From assembly GCA_036405175.1 (NCBI GenBank), contig DASWYC010000002.1, positions 123,429-187,428 on the forward strand: a DNA stretch of 64,000 nt, given 5' to 3'. Below the pieces are notes generated by a model that was not told the origin of the DNA, did no database searches, and saw nothing but the letters and a program-made list of their open reading frames with translations. The stretch is from Minisyncoccota bacterium. GTDB taxonomy: Bacteria; Patescibacteriota; Minisyncoccia; Phycocordibacterales; UBA1006. A program made the translations under genes and the position numbers. Numbering within the stretch: the first letter of the stretch is position 1; every line of letters starts with the position of its first letter. Positions 18,893 through 28,862 of the stretch are shown here, in pieces.

Positions 18893-20245
18893 ATGAATCG
18901 ACTCTCTACATTTAAGATGGGTGTTATGGTAGTTGCAGGTGTTGCAATTTTGTTGGCATTTATTTTATTCGCAACTAACCGTGGAACGTCTACGAGCGGT
19001 GCTGTTGTAGGTACGGTGAATGTATGGGGATCATTCCGTCCGGAAGAAATTGAACCGTTGCTCAATATTGCGCGCACACAGTATCCGGATCTTAAAATTG
19101 ATTTCACCAATAAGCCAGAAAGTACTATTTATACCGATTTTGTAAGCCAAGCTGCAACCAACCAGAGTCCTGATTTGGTAATTGTTCCTATTTCAGAAGT
19201 ACTTTCATATGTCCCATTCATTAGCCCTATTTCAAAAGCATCATTGTCTGATCGTGTAATTAGTGAGCAGTTTATTGATGGCGTATATCCGCTCAATACA
19301 GCACTTGGTATGATCGGTGTTCCAATTTCAATTAATCCTATGCTGTTCATTGCTAATAAAGAATATCTTCAATCAATTTTTGTTGCTAATCTGCCGGGAA
19401 CCTGGGAAGATCTTACAGGACTTACTGAACAACTTGCACGAACTGCTGGCTCTACCATTGAACAACCGGTAATTCCGCTTGGAACGATCTCACAACAATC
19501 AGAAAGCTATGGCGTACTTTTGTCTATGTTTTTACAGGCACGATCTACGTTAATAACCAGCCAATTAGGTACCAATGCAAACCCTACATCAACTGAGTCA
19601 CAGGTTGGATTTAGAAGTGATATTGAAGGTGCTTCATCAGTAATGTACACCTCGCTTGGATCTGCGTTTGATTATTTCTCTGCATATGCACGTCCCGGTT
19701 CAAATGTATTTTCATGGAGTGAGTCGTTGGGTAACCCTATTACATTATTTAAAACCAAGCAGTTGCCATTGTTAATGCTTTCATATAATAGTTTAATGAC
19801 AAACTTCTCAGCAAGTGATCTTTCAGCACTCGCAATAACCTTGTTACCGCTCACATCGCAAGATGTTACTGCAAGCAAACCGGTTTCTTATGCCGATGGA
19901 TACGTTGCTGTAATTCCAAAACTTGCACGTAATGTGAATGGAGCATATGGAACTGCCTTCTCGCTTATTGGTGAACAAGCTCAGCAGCAGATTCCAACAG
20001 CGCTTAAGCACTATCCAATTCTCAAGTCTCTTCTTGCTTCAAAAAAAGATAATCCATTGGATGAAATTGCTCGTAAAGCATCTATCCAATCGGTGGTTAT
20101 ACCATTTACCTCACGCCAGGCATTACGTGATTTGCTCGCCAAAACACTTGCATCATACACCAGCGGTCGCCTTGACCAAGACGGTGCTATTGTGGAGTTC
20201 TCAAATTCAATATCATCAATGCTTGAAAAACTTCAGCTTAAATAA
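18893..20245 (+). CDS. Membrane-anchored extracellular solute-binding-fold protein
   Basis: N-terminal TM, TVNVWG, QSPDLV, IGVPISINPMLFIANKE, PGTWEDL. Confidence 0.65.
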   Translation: MNRLSTFKMGVMVVAGVAILLAFILFATNRGTSTSGAVVGTVNVWGSFRPEEIEPLLNIARTQYPDLKIDFTNKPESTIYTDFVSQAATNQSPDLVIVPISEVLSYVPFISPISKASLSDRVISEQFIDGVYPLNTALGMIGVPISINPMLFIANKEYLQSIFVANLPGTWEDLTGLTEQLARTAGSTIEQPVIPLGTISQQSESYGVLLSMFLQARSTLITSQLGTNANPTSTESQVGFRSDIEGASSVMYTSLGSAFDYFSAYARPGSNVFSWSESLGNPITLFKTKQLPLLMLSYNSLMTNFSASDLSALAITLLPLTSQDVTASKPVSYADGYVAVIPKLARNVNGAYGTAFSLIGEQAQQQIPTALKHYPILKSLLASKKDNPLDEIARKASIQSVVIPFTSRQALRDLLAKTLASYTSGRLDQDGAIVEFSNSISSMLEKLQLK

Positions 20246-20299
20246 CTGGGTAAAACAAAAATGAAGACATCGTGATAGCGTACAATGTATATAACTATT

Positions 20300-23200
20300 A
20301 TGAATCCTGATGAACTCAAGGCTCAGCTGGAGCAGATTGAAAAAAAGAAAAAACGTAATGCAATGTTGATTGCCTTGGGATTTGCAGTGCTTGGCATCAT
20401 TGTTATTTTTGGAATTTATAGTGCGTTTGTGCGCAATGTAAATCGTGAACGAACCGAAAGTACGCAATACTCTCTTTTTGAGCGTATTTTTGGTGGTAAG
20501 AAAAATCCTCAAGTAGTAGATGAAGCAGCTCAGACAGAAGGAGAAACAAAACAGGTTGAGAATAAAAATAATGGAACATTCGGAGTAAAGTTCACCTCAC
20601 TTGCAGAAAAGTGGTTTCCAAGTTATGCAAAGGGTGTTAAAGAAAACTCAACAAACATTGTTCGCCCATTGAGTGTCTCATCAAATATCTTTGAAGACCC
20701 TGAATATATAAAAAAATATGGAAAAGTGAATAAAGATGAGGCAACGTTGGAAGACATGGCGCGTGCTATGGAATTTGCATCAGAGCGCGGCTCTGAAATT
20801 ACGGATCAAATTGGCAGCCTTGAAAAACAAGTAAGTGAATATAATCGTGAATTTGATGATGAAAAGCAAGAGCTTGATGCATTAAAAGCGCAGCTTGCAA
20901 ACTTAGAAGCACTTGAAGCCCAGGCTACTCAAAATGGTGATCCGGTTGATCTATCTCGCGTACGACGCCGTGCACAAATAGAATCTATTAAACAGCAAAT
21001 TTCTGGACTTGAGCAAAATGTTACCACACATCAGCAAATTTCTGGTGCAATGACCAAGCAGATTGGATCACTTAATACGCAATACAACGGAATTACTCAA
21101 CAAGTCGCAAACTACAACAGTAGCATTACCGGTCTTGAGCAGCAAATTGGAGGATTTTATTCTGAATATACCAAGCTTGATCCTCAGGTAAAACAATATT
21201 TGAATCAATTAAAGAATTTTGATCTTCAAATTCTTAAAACTGACCCAATGTTGAGCAAATTGTCACCACAGTTTTTGGAATTTTTTGTACAAATTAGTTC
21301 GCTCAGAAATCAGTTAACAGAAACATTTGATTCGCAGATTAAAGATCTGTATGCACAAATTAAGTTTTTGAAACTTCAGGTAACATCATTTACGAGTCAG
21401 AAAGTAGTACCAATCGTATCTCAACTTGATGTTCCTATTTTTAAAACCAAGTATCAAATTGGAGCTACCGCAAATGGCATTCCTGCAACAGAAGTCTATC
21501 TAGTAACTGCAATGAATAGTCTTAAAGGCTATTGGGATGGAATTGGAACGGTTAAGCCACAAGTAACAGGAGTTCTCTTCCAGCTTGATGCTAACAAAGA
21601 TGGCAAGTTATCATCAGTTGATTTTGATGGTCTTGGATTTACTCAAGAACAAGTTTTGTCACTTCAAAATCAAATTGATTACGATAAGCTTGAGGGTATT
21701 CCGTGGGCGACCTATGTTGAAGCGTATGATGTTGATCGTGACGGGATTGTTGAGCTATCTGAAATTAAAAAGGTTCTCAGTACTAATGCTGGTAATGCAC
21801 TTCAAAAACTTAATCTTACCCAACAGCTTGATCTCAACAAGGATGGGAAAGTTACCCCCGACGAGCTTCAAAATCAAATTGTATATATTGAAAATCAAGG
21901 AATTTCATGGGAGAAGTTCTTGGCGGCATATGATCTGAATAAAGACGGTTTTGTTACTACTAAAGAAATGAAGACTGCGCTTGAGAATAATACCGATAAT
22001 ATTCTTCAACGACTTAACCTTGCGCTTCAGCTTGATACTAATAAAGATGGAAGAGTATCTCTTATTGATTTTAAGAGTCAGATTGTTTATTTGGAAAATT
22101 CAGGACTTAAGTGGTCAGACTTTTTGGCGGCATATGATAGCAACGCAGATCGTCAGATTACCGTAGAAGAAATGAAGTATGCCATGGAAACTAATTATGG
22201 AAATGTGCTTAAGCAGCTCAATCTTACATCTCAACTTGATGTAAATAAAGATGGCATTGTTACTCAGAATGAATTTTTCCAGCAACTTGATGCCAACAAA
22301 GATGGTTTTGTGACCAAGGCTGACTTTGATGGATTTAGTAGTGGTATGATGATCGCAGAATTTGATGGAAGTATCACTGGTGTGCGTGATGGATTTGCAA
22401 CACTTGATGAAATTAGGTATGCACTCAGTAAAAATCAAAATAGCGTATTCTATCGCTTTAAGCTTAAGAATCAACTCGACCTTGATGGTGATAATATTGT
22501 AAAGCGTCCATATCTTAATATTTTTGGTGATTATGTAGTTGATTCTCGTGAAATGTTGAATGTTGCCGATATTAACGGTGACGGCATCTTTGAGCGCTGT
22601 AGATTTAAGGATATGTACGGTAACTGTATTCCAGAAGGATTTTTGCAGTTGGATGTTGATGGTAATCTTATCCCTGATGTATATCTGCAGGGCGATACTG
22701 ATGGTGATGGAAAAATTAATCCATGCTATTACACCGATACAGGAAAGCAATGTTTTGCAGAAGGATACAGCCCTAATGATTACAATTTCTTTGGTAATCC
22801 AGACTATTTCTTCCAGCTTGATACCAATGGTGACAATATTTACAACGAAAAAGATGCATTTGACCCATACACCTTTGTATTTAGAAAAACTGCAACGGTT
22901 CCAATATATATCAACGAAGAGGATTCATGGCGCGATGAAGAAAGTGGGCAAGCGCAAGTTGCCTTAATGGTAGACTTTACTCCAGGAAAGACGCTCATAC
23001 AAAATATGACGCTTACCATGGTGAAGTATAAGATTGATAAGACCGGAAAGCCGTACGATGTTAGCGGCTTTGGAGGAGGAACATGTACGCTCAGCCGTAC
23101 CAAGACAACTGTGCAAAAGAATGAAAAAGATCTTGGATTCTGCTATCTCCAAGGAGGAAATGTTTCTCCGGATGATTACTTTGATGTACTTGCAACATTG

Positions 23201-24829
23201 TATGGGCCAACATCAATTACTCAGCCAAACATTCTGCAGGGAATTCTTAATCAATTTACTCAAGCTCAAGCCAAGCCAATCATTACCTACGGCTACACAA
23301 CGGTTACCGTTATGAGTAGAAATTCATTCTCATCAATTGATCAGCCGGCAAGTAAATGGTATTACCTTACAAGCACCAATCCGCGCACCCCGAGTACGTA
23401 CTATGCTCAACGACAAATCTGTTTAAATGAGGCACGAGCATACGCAACTAGTACTGGTAAAACTGGCCAGCCGCCATGTTATCGAGAAATCTTTTCTCGC
23501 GCAACGTATTACTTCTTTACCGAGGTAGATCCTCAAATAGTAAAGAGTCCAGATTATCCTGATCTTAAGACGTGTACGGCAGAGGCACAAAAAGCAAAAC
23601 AAGCTGCTAAACAGGCCATGGAGGCAGAAATTAAGAAGCGTAACGATGAGTTGCGAAAACAAGGTAAACCTGCCAATGTTGGACCATCGTATGATCCTCG
23701 TTCATTTAGTTGTATTAATAGTGACAATAAATCACAGCTTCCAACGGTTGATGATGGGGAACCAACGTTCATTAACCAGATTGAAGGTCTTGTTGATCAG
23801 GATAAAACCTATCGCGGATTTACATTCTTTATTAAAACAAATCCAAAGCGCACCAACAAAGAGGCAACAATTGAGTTTGCGGCAACGAACTACATGCCAA
23901 GTGCATTGGCTTCAAAAGATGAGAATAAGGCATCAACCTATCCGGTAACGTTCTACTACTGGAAAGATGGAACTGCTAACAAGTTCACCATACCAATCAC
24001 CGCCAATGTTCAGCCATTAACGCCGGGTCAAACATTTTCAGGACTTTATGAAACCGTAAAGGTGACCGGAAATCCTGGAGAAACAATTAACTTTGAATTT
24101 ACCGAAATGGTGCCCGATGAAAGTACGTCTGATCCGGTTGACCTTAAAGAGGTAAGTGTCAGTGGTGTTCGATCAGTAACGCTGATGACCGATAAAGAAT
24201 TTGAAGCTTCGAAAGATTATAAGAAGAGTCCAGTAAACCAAAGTATGTACCAGGAGGTGAGCGCAGCATCGCCCACCTTTTCTGGTTTTGGTATCTTGAA
24301 GCAGGGGATTATTTTTTGTGGATACGATGGATATTGGCCAACATATGACGGAGCTAAAAAGAGATTCAATTACACATTGCCCGCGGCTTTTTTAGCTAAT
24401 CCAACTAAATATGGTATTGATCCTGCTAAAATAAAAGGCTTAGTTGAAGGTGAGGGTGCGAGCGCAAAAGCTGTTACATATTTTGACGGCAAACCTCAAA
24501 TGGTGACGGTGTTTAATAAACAAGTTGATGAGAATGAGCTCTGCTCATGGCCACATGTGATTGCCTCGTTCAATCGTATTGTGAATATTATCTTGAAGGT
24601 GTTTATGCCGCTTGCAATTGGGATCTTAATCATGGTGATCGGTGTTCGCTATTTGATTGCAGCATATAAGGGTGCTCCGGTTAAATTAGTTGAGAATAAA
24701 AAGGCATTATGGCGCATTGTTATTGGGACCTTGATTATTCTCAGCTCGTTTGTGATTGTTCGATTGATTGTGACTACGCTCAATCAACAAGAATGGTTTG
24801 GTCAGTTTGTTGACGTAACAGGGAAATAG
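20300..24829 (+). CDS. Large surface protein: TM + coiled coil + EF-hand repeats + C-terminal VirB2/TrbC-like pilin segment
   Basis: About 13 DxN/DxDG loops; C-terminus has two hydrophobic helices separated by GVRYLIAAYKG...KKALWRIVIG. Confidence 0.7.
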   Translation: MNPDELKAQLEQIEKKKKRNAMLIALGFAVLGIIVIFGIYSAFVRNVNRERTESTQYSLFERIFGGKKNPQVVDEAAQTEGETKQVENKNNGTFGVKFTSLAEKWFPSYAKGVKENSTNIVRPLSVSSNIFEDPEYIKKYGKVNKDEATLEDMARAMEFASERGSEITDQIGSLEKQVSEYNREFDDEKQELDALKAQLANLEALEAQATQNGDPVDLSRVRRRAQIESIKQQISGLEQNVTTHQQISGAMTKQIGSLNTQYNGITQQVANYNSSITGLEQQIGGFYSEYTKLDPQVKQYLNQLKNFDLQILKTDPMLSKLSPQFLEFFVQISSLRNQLTETFDSQIKDLYAQIKFLKLQVTSFTSQKVVPIVSQLDVPIFKTKYQIGATANGIPATEVYLVTAMNSLKGYWDGIGTVKPQVTGVLFQLDANKDGKLSSVDFDGLGFTQEQVLSLQNQIDYDKLEGIPWATYVEAYDVDRDGIVELSEIKKVLSTNAGNALQKLNLTQQLDLNKDGKVTPDELQNQIVYIENQGISWEKFLAAYDLNKDGFVTTKEMKTALENNTDNILQRLNLALQLDTNKDGRVSLIDFKSQIVYLENSGLKWSDFLAAYDSNADRQITVEEMKYAMETNYGNVLKQLNLTSQLDVNKDGIVTQNEFFQQLDANKDGFVTKADFDGFSSGMMIAEFDGSITGVRDGFATLDEIRYALSKNQNSVFYRFKLKNQLDLDGDNIVKRPYLNIFGDYVVDSREMLNVADINGDGIFERCRFKDMYGNCIPEGFLQLDVDGNLIPDVYLQGDTDGDGKINPCYYTDTGKQCFAEGYSPNDYNFFGNPDYFFQLDTNGDNIYNEKDAFDPYTFVFRKTATVPIYINEEDSWRDEESGQAQVALMVDFTPGKTLIQNMTLTMVKYKIDKTGKPYDVSGFGGGTCTLSRTKTTVQKNEKDLGFCYLQGGNVSPDDYFDVLATLYGPTSITQPNILQGILNQFTQAQAKPIITYGYTTVTVMSRNSFSSIDQPASKWYYLTSTNPRTPSTYYAQRQICLNEARAYATSTGKTGQPPCYREIFSRATYYFFTEVDPQIVKSPDYPDLKTCTAEAQKAKQAAKQAMEAEIKKRNDELRKQGKPANVGPSYDPRSFSCINSDNKSQLPTVDDGEPTFINQIEGLVDQDKTYRGFTFFIKTNPKRTNKEATIEFAATNYMPSALASKDENKASTYPVTFYYWKDGTANKFTIPITANVQPLTPGQTFSGLYETVKVTGNPGETINFEFTEMVPDESTSDPVDLKEVSVSGVRSVTLMTDKEFEASKDYKKSPVNQSMYQEVSAASPTFSGFGILKQGIIFCGYDGYWPTYDGAKKRFNYTLPAAFLANPTKYGIDPAKIKGLVEGEGASAKAVTYFDGKPQMVTVFNKQVDENELCSWPHVIASFNRIVNIILKVFMPLAIGILIMVIGVRYLIAAYKGAPVKLVENKKALWRIVIGTLIILSSFVIVRLIVTTLNQQEWFGQFVDVTGK
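21662..22273 (+). repeat. Three tandem 204-nt (68-aa) coding repeats, each with two EF-hand loops
   Basis: Units start at 21662, 21866 and 22070 (LQNQIDY.., LQNQIVY.., FKSQIVY..), each with W...AYDxxxD...LNL..QLDxNKDG. Confidence 0.85.
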
Positions 24830-24837
24830 TTATTAAA

Positions 24838-24870
24838 AGAGCGGCGCACGTAGTGCGCCGCTCTTGTTTT
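24838..24870 (+). terminator. Intrinsic terminator
   Basis: AGAGCGGCGCAC-GTA-GTGCGCCGCTCT-TGTTTT. Confidence 0.75.
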
Positions 24871-24887
24871 GCTATACTATATTCATC

Positions 24888-25568
24888 ATGCTTTCAGATA
24901 ATTTAATGTGGCGTTATGCCACCAAACGCTACGATACTACTGAAAAAGTTTCAGAAGAAGATATTCAAAAAATCATTGAATGTGGACGCTATGCGCCATC
25001 ATCATATGGATTTGAACCATGGATGTTTTATGTGGTGTCAAATCAGGAGGTAAAAGAAAAAATCTATAATAGTGGATATAAGCTTGCGCCAGTAAAGTTT
25101 AGCCAGCCTCAATTTACTGAGTCATCACATATGATAGTGATTTGTGCAAAGCATCGGGTTACGCGGCGCGATGTTAAAAAATATCTTAGATTGATTGCGG
25201 AAGAGCGGAACATTACCCTTGAATCACTTAACCCATTTAAGAAGAGTCTCCACATGGCGCTTATCCTGGTGCGCCTCTCAGGACTTCTCAAGAATCCATT
25301 CGCACTCTTTACCGAGATGCGCTCATGGTGTGAACGTCAGTGCTATGTTGCACTTGGTTTTATGCTTGCAGAAGCTGCAGAGCGAAAAGTTGATTCATGT
25401 GCCCACGAGGGCTTTATTCCGGATCATGTAGGGAAGATTATCGGATGCAAAGATGGATATTCTCCAATGATCATCATGACACTTGGATATCGTGCAGAAA
25501 ATGATATCAGCATTGGATGGAAAAAAGTTCGTAAGGATTATCGTGATACGGTGGTTGAAATTAAATAA
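24888..25568 (+). CDS. Nitroreductase family protein (NfsB-like)
   Basis: WRYATKRYD, APSSYGFEPW, VDSCAHEGF, LGYR...KKVR. Confidence 0.9.
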   Translation: MLSDNLMWRYATKRYDTTEKVSEEDIQKIIECGRYAPSSYGFEPWMFYVVSNQEVKEKIYNSGYKLAPVKFSQPQFTESSHMIVICAKHRVTRRDVKKYLRLIAEERNITLESLNPFKKSLHMALILVRLSGLLKNPFALFTEMRSWCERQCYVALGFMLAEAAERKVDSCAHEGFIPDHVGKIIGCKDGYSPMIIMTLGYRAENDISIGWKKVRKDYRDTVVEIK

Positions 25569-25681
25569 ATAACACTAAGGTCAAAACAACCCGCGACATA
25601 CGTCACAGATTATTTTTTAAAATTAAGACAAGAAAAAACGTGCCCAATGGACACGTATTTCCCAACTTATAGCCATGAAAA

Positions 25682-26320
25682 CTAATTTTGTATAACTTCT
25701 TTTGTATTAACTTTTTTAATAATAAGCCACACTGCAGTCGCTGCAGCAAAAGGAGTCATATATATCCAAATATTTGCTGTCAAAGCAAGATAATCACGAC
25801 TCGCATCACCAAGCCAAGAAATTCTTGAAAACATGATTGCTGTTAGATTGATTTTTTCCCGATAAGAATAAATCGCAGATCCTGTTGCATGTGCAAATAA
25901 AAACCAGAAATATGCGACCAGGATATAGTGCCTTGTGATTCTTTGTTTCAATAAAGGATCCTTTGCACTATTTGTGTCCAAGTTCAAACCTTTAGGTTTT
26001 GGTTTAAAAAAACCAAATAGAACAATAAAGATTACTTTTTTGCCTATCTTTACCCAAGCAGTTATATGGGGCGGCCAGATAATTGATTTCAATACGAAAA
26101 TCAAGAAAATTCCACCTATGGTGTAAAGAGTAACCCGAATACCATAGGAAATGGATTCGTAATAATGTCTTGTGCTAATCAATGAAATGATTAGACCTAT
26201 CAAGACAAACATTGTTAGAAGGGCGGAAAGTGGCTTTCTAAGGCTATTTTTTAAATGAGCAAATAACCACAAGAAACCTTTTTTAGATAGTGTTTGCAAA
26301 AAACTCAATGGATTTTTCAT
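25682..26320 (-). CDS. Orphan multi-pass membrane protein
   Basis: Several hydrophobic segments; own TTGACT/TATGAT promoter at ~26380-26410. Confidence 0.6.
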   Translation of the reverse strand: MKNPLSFLQTLSKKGFLWLFAHLKNSLRKPLSALLTMFVLIGLIISLISTRHYYESISYGIRVTLYTIGGIFLIFVLKSIIWPPHITAWVKIGKKVIFIVLFGFFKPKPKGLNLDTNSAKDPLLKQRITRHYILVAYFWFLFAHATGSAIYSYREKINLTAIMFSRISWLGDASRDYLALTANIWIYMTPFAAATAVWLIIKKVNTKEVIQN

Positions 26321-26503
26321 CAGCAAAGTCCTCCTAGACTTGGTTGTTTTAGTTTTTATAGATTATTAAGAAAACATAAATATCATACCACTTATATTAA
26401 AAAAGTCAATATTACAACATAAAACCACAGAATGTCTATATGGAAAAGCTCTAAAACCCTCAAAAACCTCAATGGTATACTGAAAAAACGAACATTATTT
26501 AGT

Positions 26504-27907
26504 ATGAATAATCTCTCTCCGTGGCTCTATGAACTCCCAGAACGTGTGGATAAACCTATCCTTACCAGCGATCTTGAAGCGGACATGGTAATTGTAGGAG
26601 CTGGGGTTTCCGGACTCACTAGTGCGTATCAAATCCTCACTCAAACTAATCGTTCCGTAACTCTTATAGACGCTTCACGTATTTGCCATGGTGCAACAGG
26701 GCACAATGCCGGACAGCTCGTTGCAGAATTTGAAATGAGCTACAAAGAACTCACGCGCCGTTATGGAACATTTATGGCAAAAGAAGCAGAAGAGGCTCTT
26801 GAATCATCATGGGATATTTTGAAAGATCTTCTTAAAAAAACAGAACTTGCTGTTTCGCCACATTTATTTATGGGAGCCAATGGATATGGTACTGAAGAAG
26901 ATTTGTATGATGTGCTTGAAGAAAACGCGCTACGCAAACAAACTGGACTCACACCAACCGATGTATATGTAATTCCATCCGTGTATAATGCACCACATTT
27001 TCCTCGTGCATATAAAAACTTGGTCCATGAAATGAGCCGTTCAGATATTGAATCTATGCTTGATGCACGAGAAAGTGCATTTATCGCAGTTGAGCTCAAG
27101 CAAAAAGGTGTACTTAACAGCGCACTCTTTGGAGAAAAATTGTGCGAGTGGCTCGAACAAAACTATTCAGAGCGTTTTCAAATATATGAACATACGCCGG
27201 TTACAAAAGTTATACTTAATCGCGCTCAACAAAAACTCATCATTAAAGACTTTACAATCACCTGTACTGATGTGATTTTATGTACTAATGGATTTGAACA
27301 CTTCACAATTGAAGAACAGGGAGGAGATATTGTTGATCGCAAACTCCATCACAATGTTGCAGGAGTGATTGGTTTTATGGGTGCCGTGCATCATCCAACC
27401 AATAAGCCTCCAATGGCGTATGGATACTATAACTCATCAATCGCATCAGATGATGAAATGAGCGATGAACTTGCTGCACTTAAGCTTGAAACACATGCAT
27501 GGGAGGCATTTAAAGAAGATCCCTATATTTATGTAACCAAACGTCCATTTATTTATGAAGGTGCAGCTGGCAATCTTACTTGTATTGGTGGACCTGAACG
27601 TAAATTAGCAGATACGCGTGCATATGATGAAGATCGTCAGATGGCTCCGCAGTTTTATTCGCTTATTGATCGGATAAAAACAGATATTCTTCATATTAAT
27701 GAGAAACTTGATTTTAATTGGCATGGATTAATGGGCTTTACCCCTACAAGTATTCGTATTGTGGGCCCAGAAACGCGGAATAAGCATCTGTGGTACAACC
27801 TTGGCTGCAATGGGGTAGGGATTATGCCTGCTATGTATGGATCGTGGAAATTGGCACAAATGTTGAATGGCAAGCACTTTTCACCATCGGTTTTTGATCC
27901 GCAGTAG
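26504..27907 (+). CDS. FAD-dependent oxidoreductase (DAO/PuuB-like)
   Basis: IVGAGVSG, GATGHNAG, IYEHTPV, LGCNGVG. Confidence 0.85.
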   Translation: MNNLSPWLYELPERVDKPILTSDLEADMVIVGAGVSGLTSAYQILTQTNRSVTLIDASRICHGATGHNAGQLVAEFEMSYKELTRRYGTFMAKEAEEALESSWDILKDLLKKTELAVSPHLFMGANGYGTEEDLYDVLEENALRKQTGLTPTDVYVIPSVYNAPHFPRAYKNLVHEMSRSDIESMLDARESAFIAVELKQKGVLNSALFGEKLCEWLEQNYSERFQIYEHTPVTKVILNRAQQKLIIKDFTITCTDVILCTNGFEHFTIEEQGGDIVDRKLHHNVAGVIGFMGAVHHPTNKPPMAYGYYNSSIASDDEMSDELAALKLETHAWEAFKEDPYIYVTKRPFIYEGAAGNLTCIGGPERKLADTRAYDEDRQMAPQFYSLIDRIKTDILHINEKLDFNWHGLMGFTPTSIRIVGPETRNKHLWYNLGCNGVGIMPAMYGSWKLAQMLNGKHFSPSVFDPQ

Positions 27908-27970
27908 GTGATTGCCTCAAATCTGTCAGATTCTTTACTTTTTGAGGAAATTTAGTATACTTGCACCACT

Positions 27971-28594
27971 ATGTTTTCACTTCAAGCACAATCAAGAACG
28001 TCTGAAGACACCGTTGCAAAGCTTTCACAAGAAGGCCGCATTCCGGCTGTTTGTTATGGACAAGGGCAAAATATTGCCATTTCAGTATCTCAGCAAGAGG
28101 TTTCAAAGTTATATCAAAAAGCAGGTAGTGCATCTGTTGTAACTATTACTGTTGATGGACAAACCAAAGATACTCTTATTAAAGATATTAGCCGCGATCC
28201 AGTAAGTCATCTTCTTCGTCATGTAGACTTTTTGATCGTTGATAAGAACAAGGTTATTACCGTTACTGTTCCACTTACCTTTACCGGTGAAGCTCCTGCA
28301 GAAAAAGATGGTCTTGGAAACGCTATGATCCAAGTTCACGAAGTTGAAGTTGAATGTACTCCTGCAAATCTTCCTTCAAGCCTTGAGATTGATCTTTCAG
28401 TGCTTGATTCTCTTGAATCATCAATTAAGGCTGGAGATATCAAACTTCCAGCAGGTGTAACCCTTGTATCAGATGCTGATCAAGCAATTGCCGTAATCGC
28501 AGAACACCAGAAAGAAGTTGAAGAAGTAGAATTCAACGCTGAAGCTATTGGAGATTCAGTAACCAAAGGAAAGAAAGACGAAACTGAAGAATAA
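27971..28594 (+). CDS. rplY: 50S ribosomal protein bL25 (Ctc type)
   Basis: GRIPAVCYG, RDPV...HVDF, C-terminal beta domain. Confidence 0.95.
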   Translation: MFSLQAQSRTSEDTVAKLSQEGRIPAVCYGQGQNIAISVSQQEVSKLYQKAGSASVVTITVDGQTKDTLIKDISRDPVSHLLRHVDFLIVDKNKVITVTVPLTFTGEAPAEKDGLGNAMIQVHEVEVECTPANLPSSLEIDLSVLDSLESSIKAGDIKLPAGVTLVSDADQAIAVIAEHQKEVEEVEFNAEAIGDSVTKGKKDETEE

Positions 28595-28693
28595 AAATCG
28601 CAAAGAAAATCGCCACACGGCGATTTTCTTTTGCCCAATAGTATCCTAAGTTTGGCATACGAATGTGATTAAGAGATAGATGATACACAATAC

Positions 28694-28800
28694 AAGACCC
28701 TCAAAGCAGTCGCGCAGACTATTATTAAGGAGCACGGGCTTTGGGTGCGACTATAATAATAGTCGAGCGTTAGCCCTTGAGGCGCTGCTTTGAGGGTCTT
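28694..28800 (+). repeat. Dispersed structured intergenic element, copy C
   Basis: 16-bp outer stem AAGACCCTCAAAGCAG/CTGCTTTGAGGGTCTT; inner GACTATTATTA/TAATAATAGTC, CGACTA, GAGCGTTA, GCC-CTTGA-GGC. Confidence 0.8.
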
Positions 28801-28862
28801 TTATGTGATGTGGTCTCTTCACCCCATCTTCATTATGCTATACTTATACTATCTCACGTTAT

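Noticed and set aside
22115-22750. Long antisense or out-of-frame ORFs (e.g. 22115-22750, 38017-38547, 18001-18495, 34268-34753)
   Set aside because: They are shadows of well-supported genes on the opposite strand, with no motifs.
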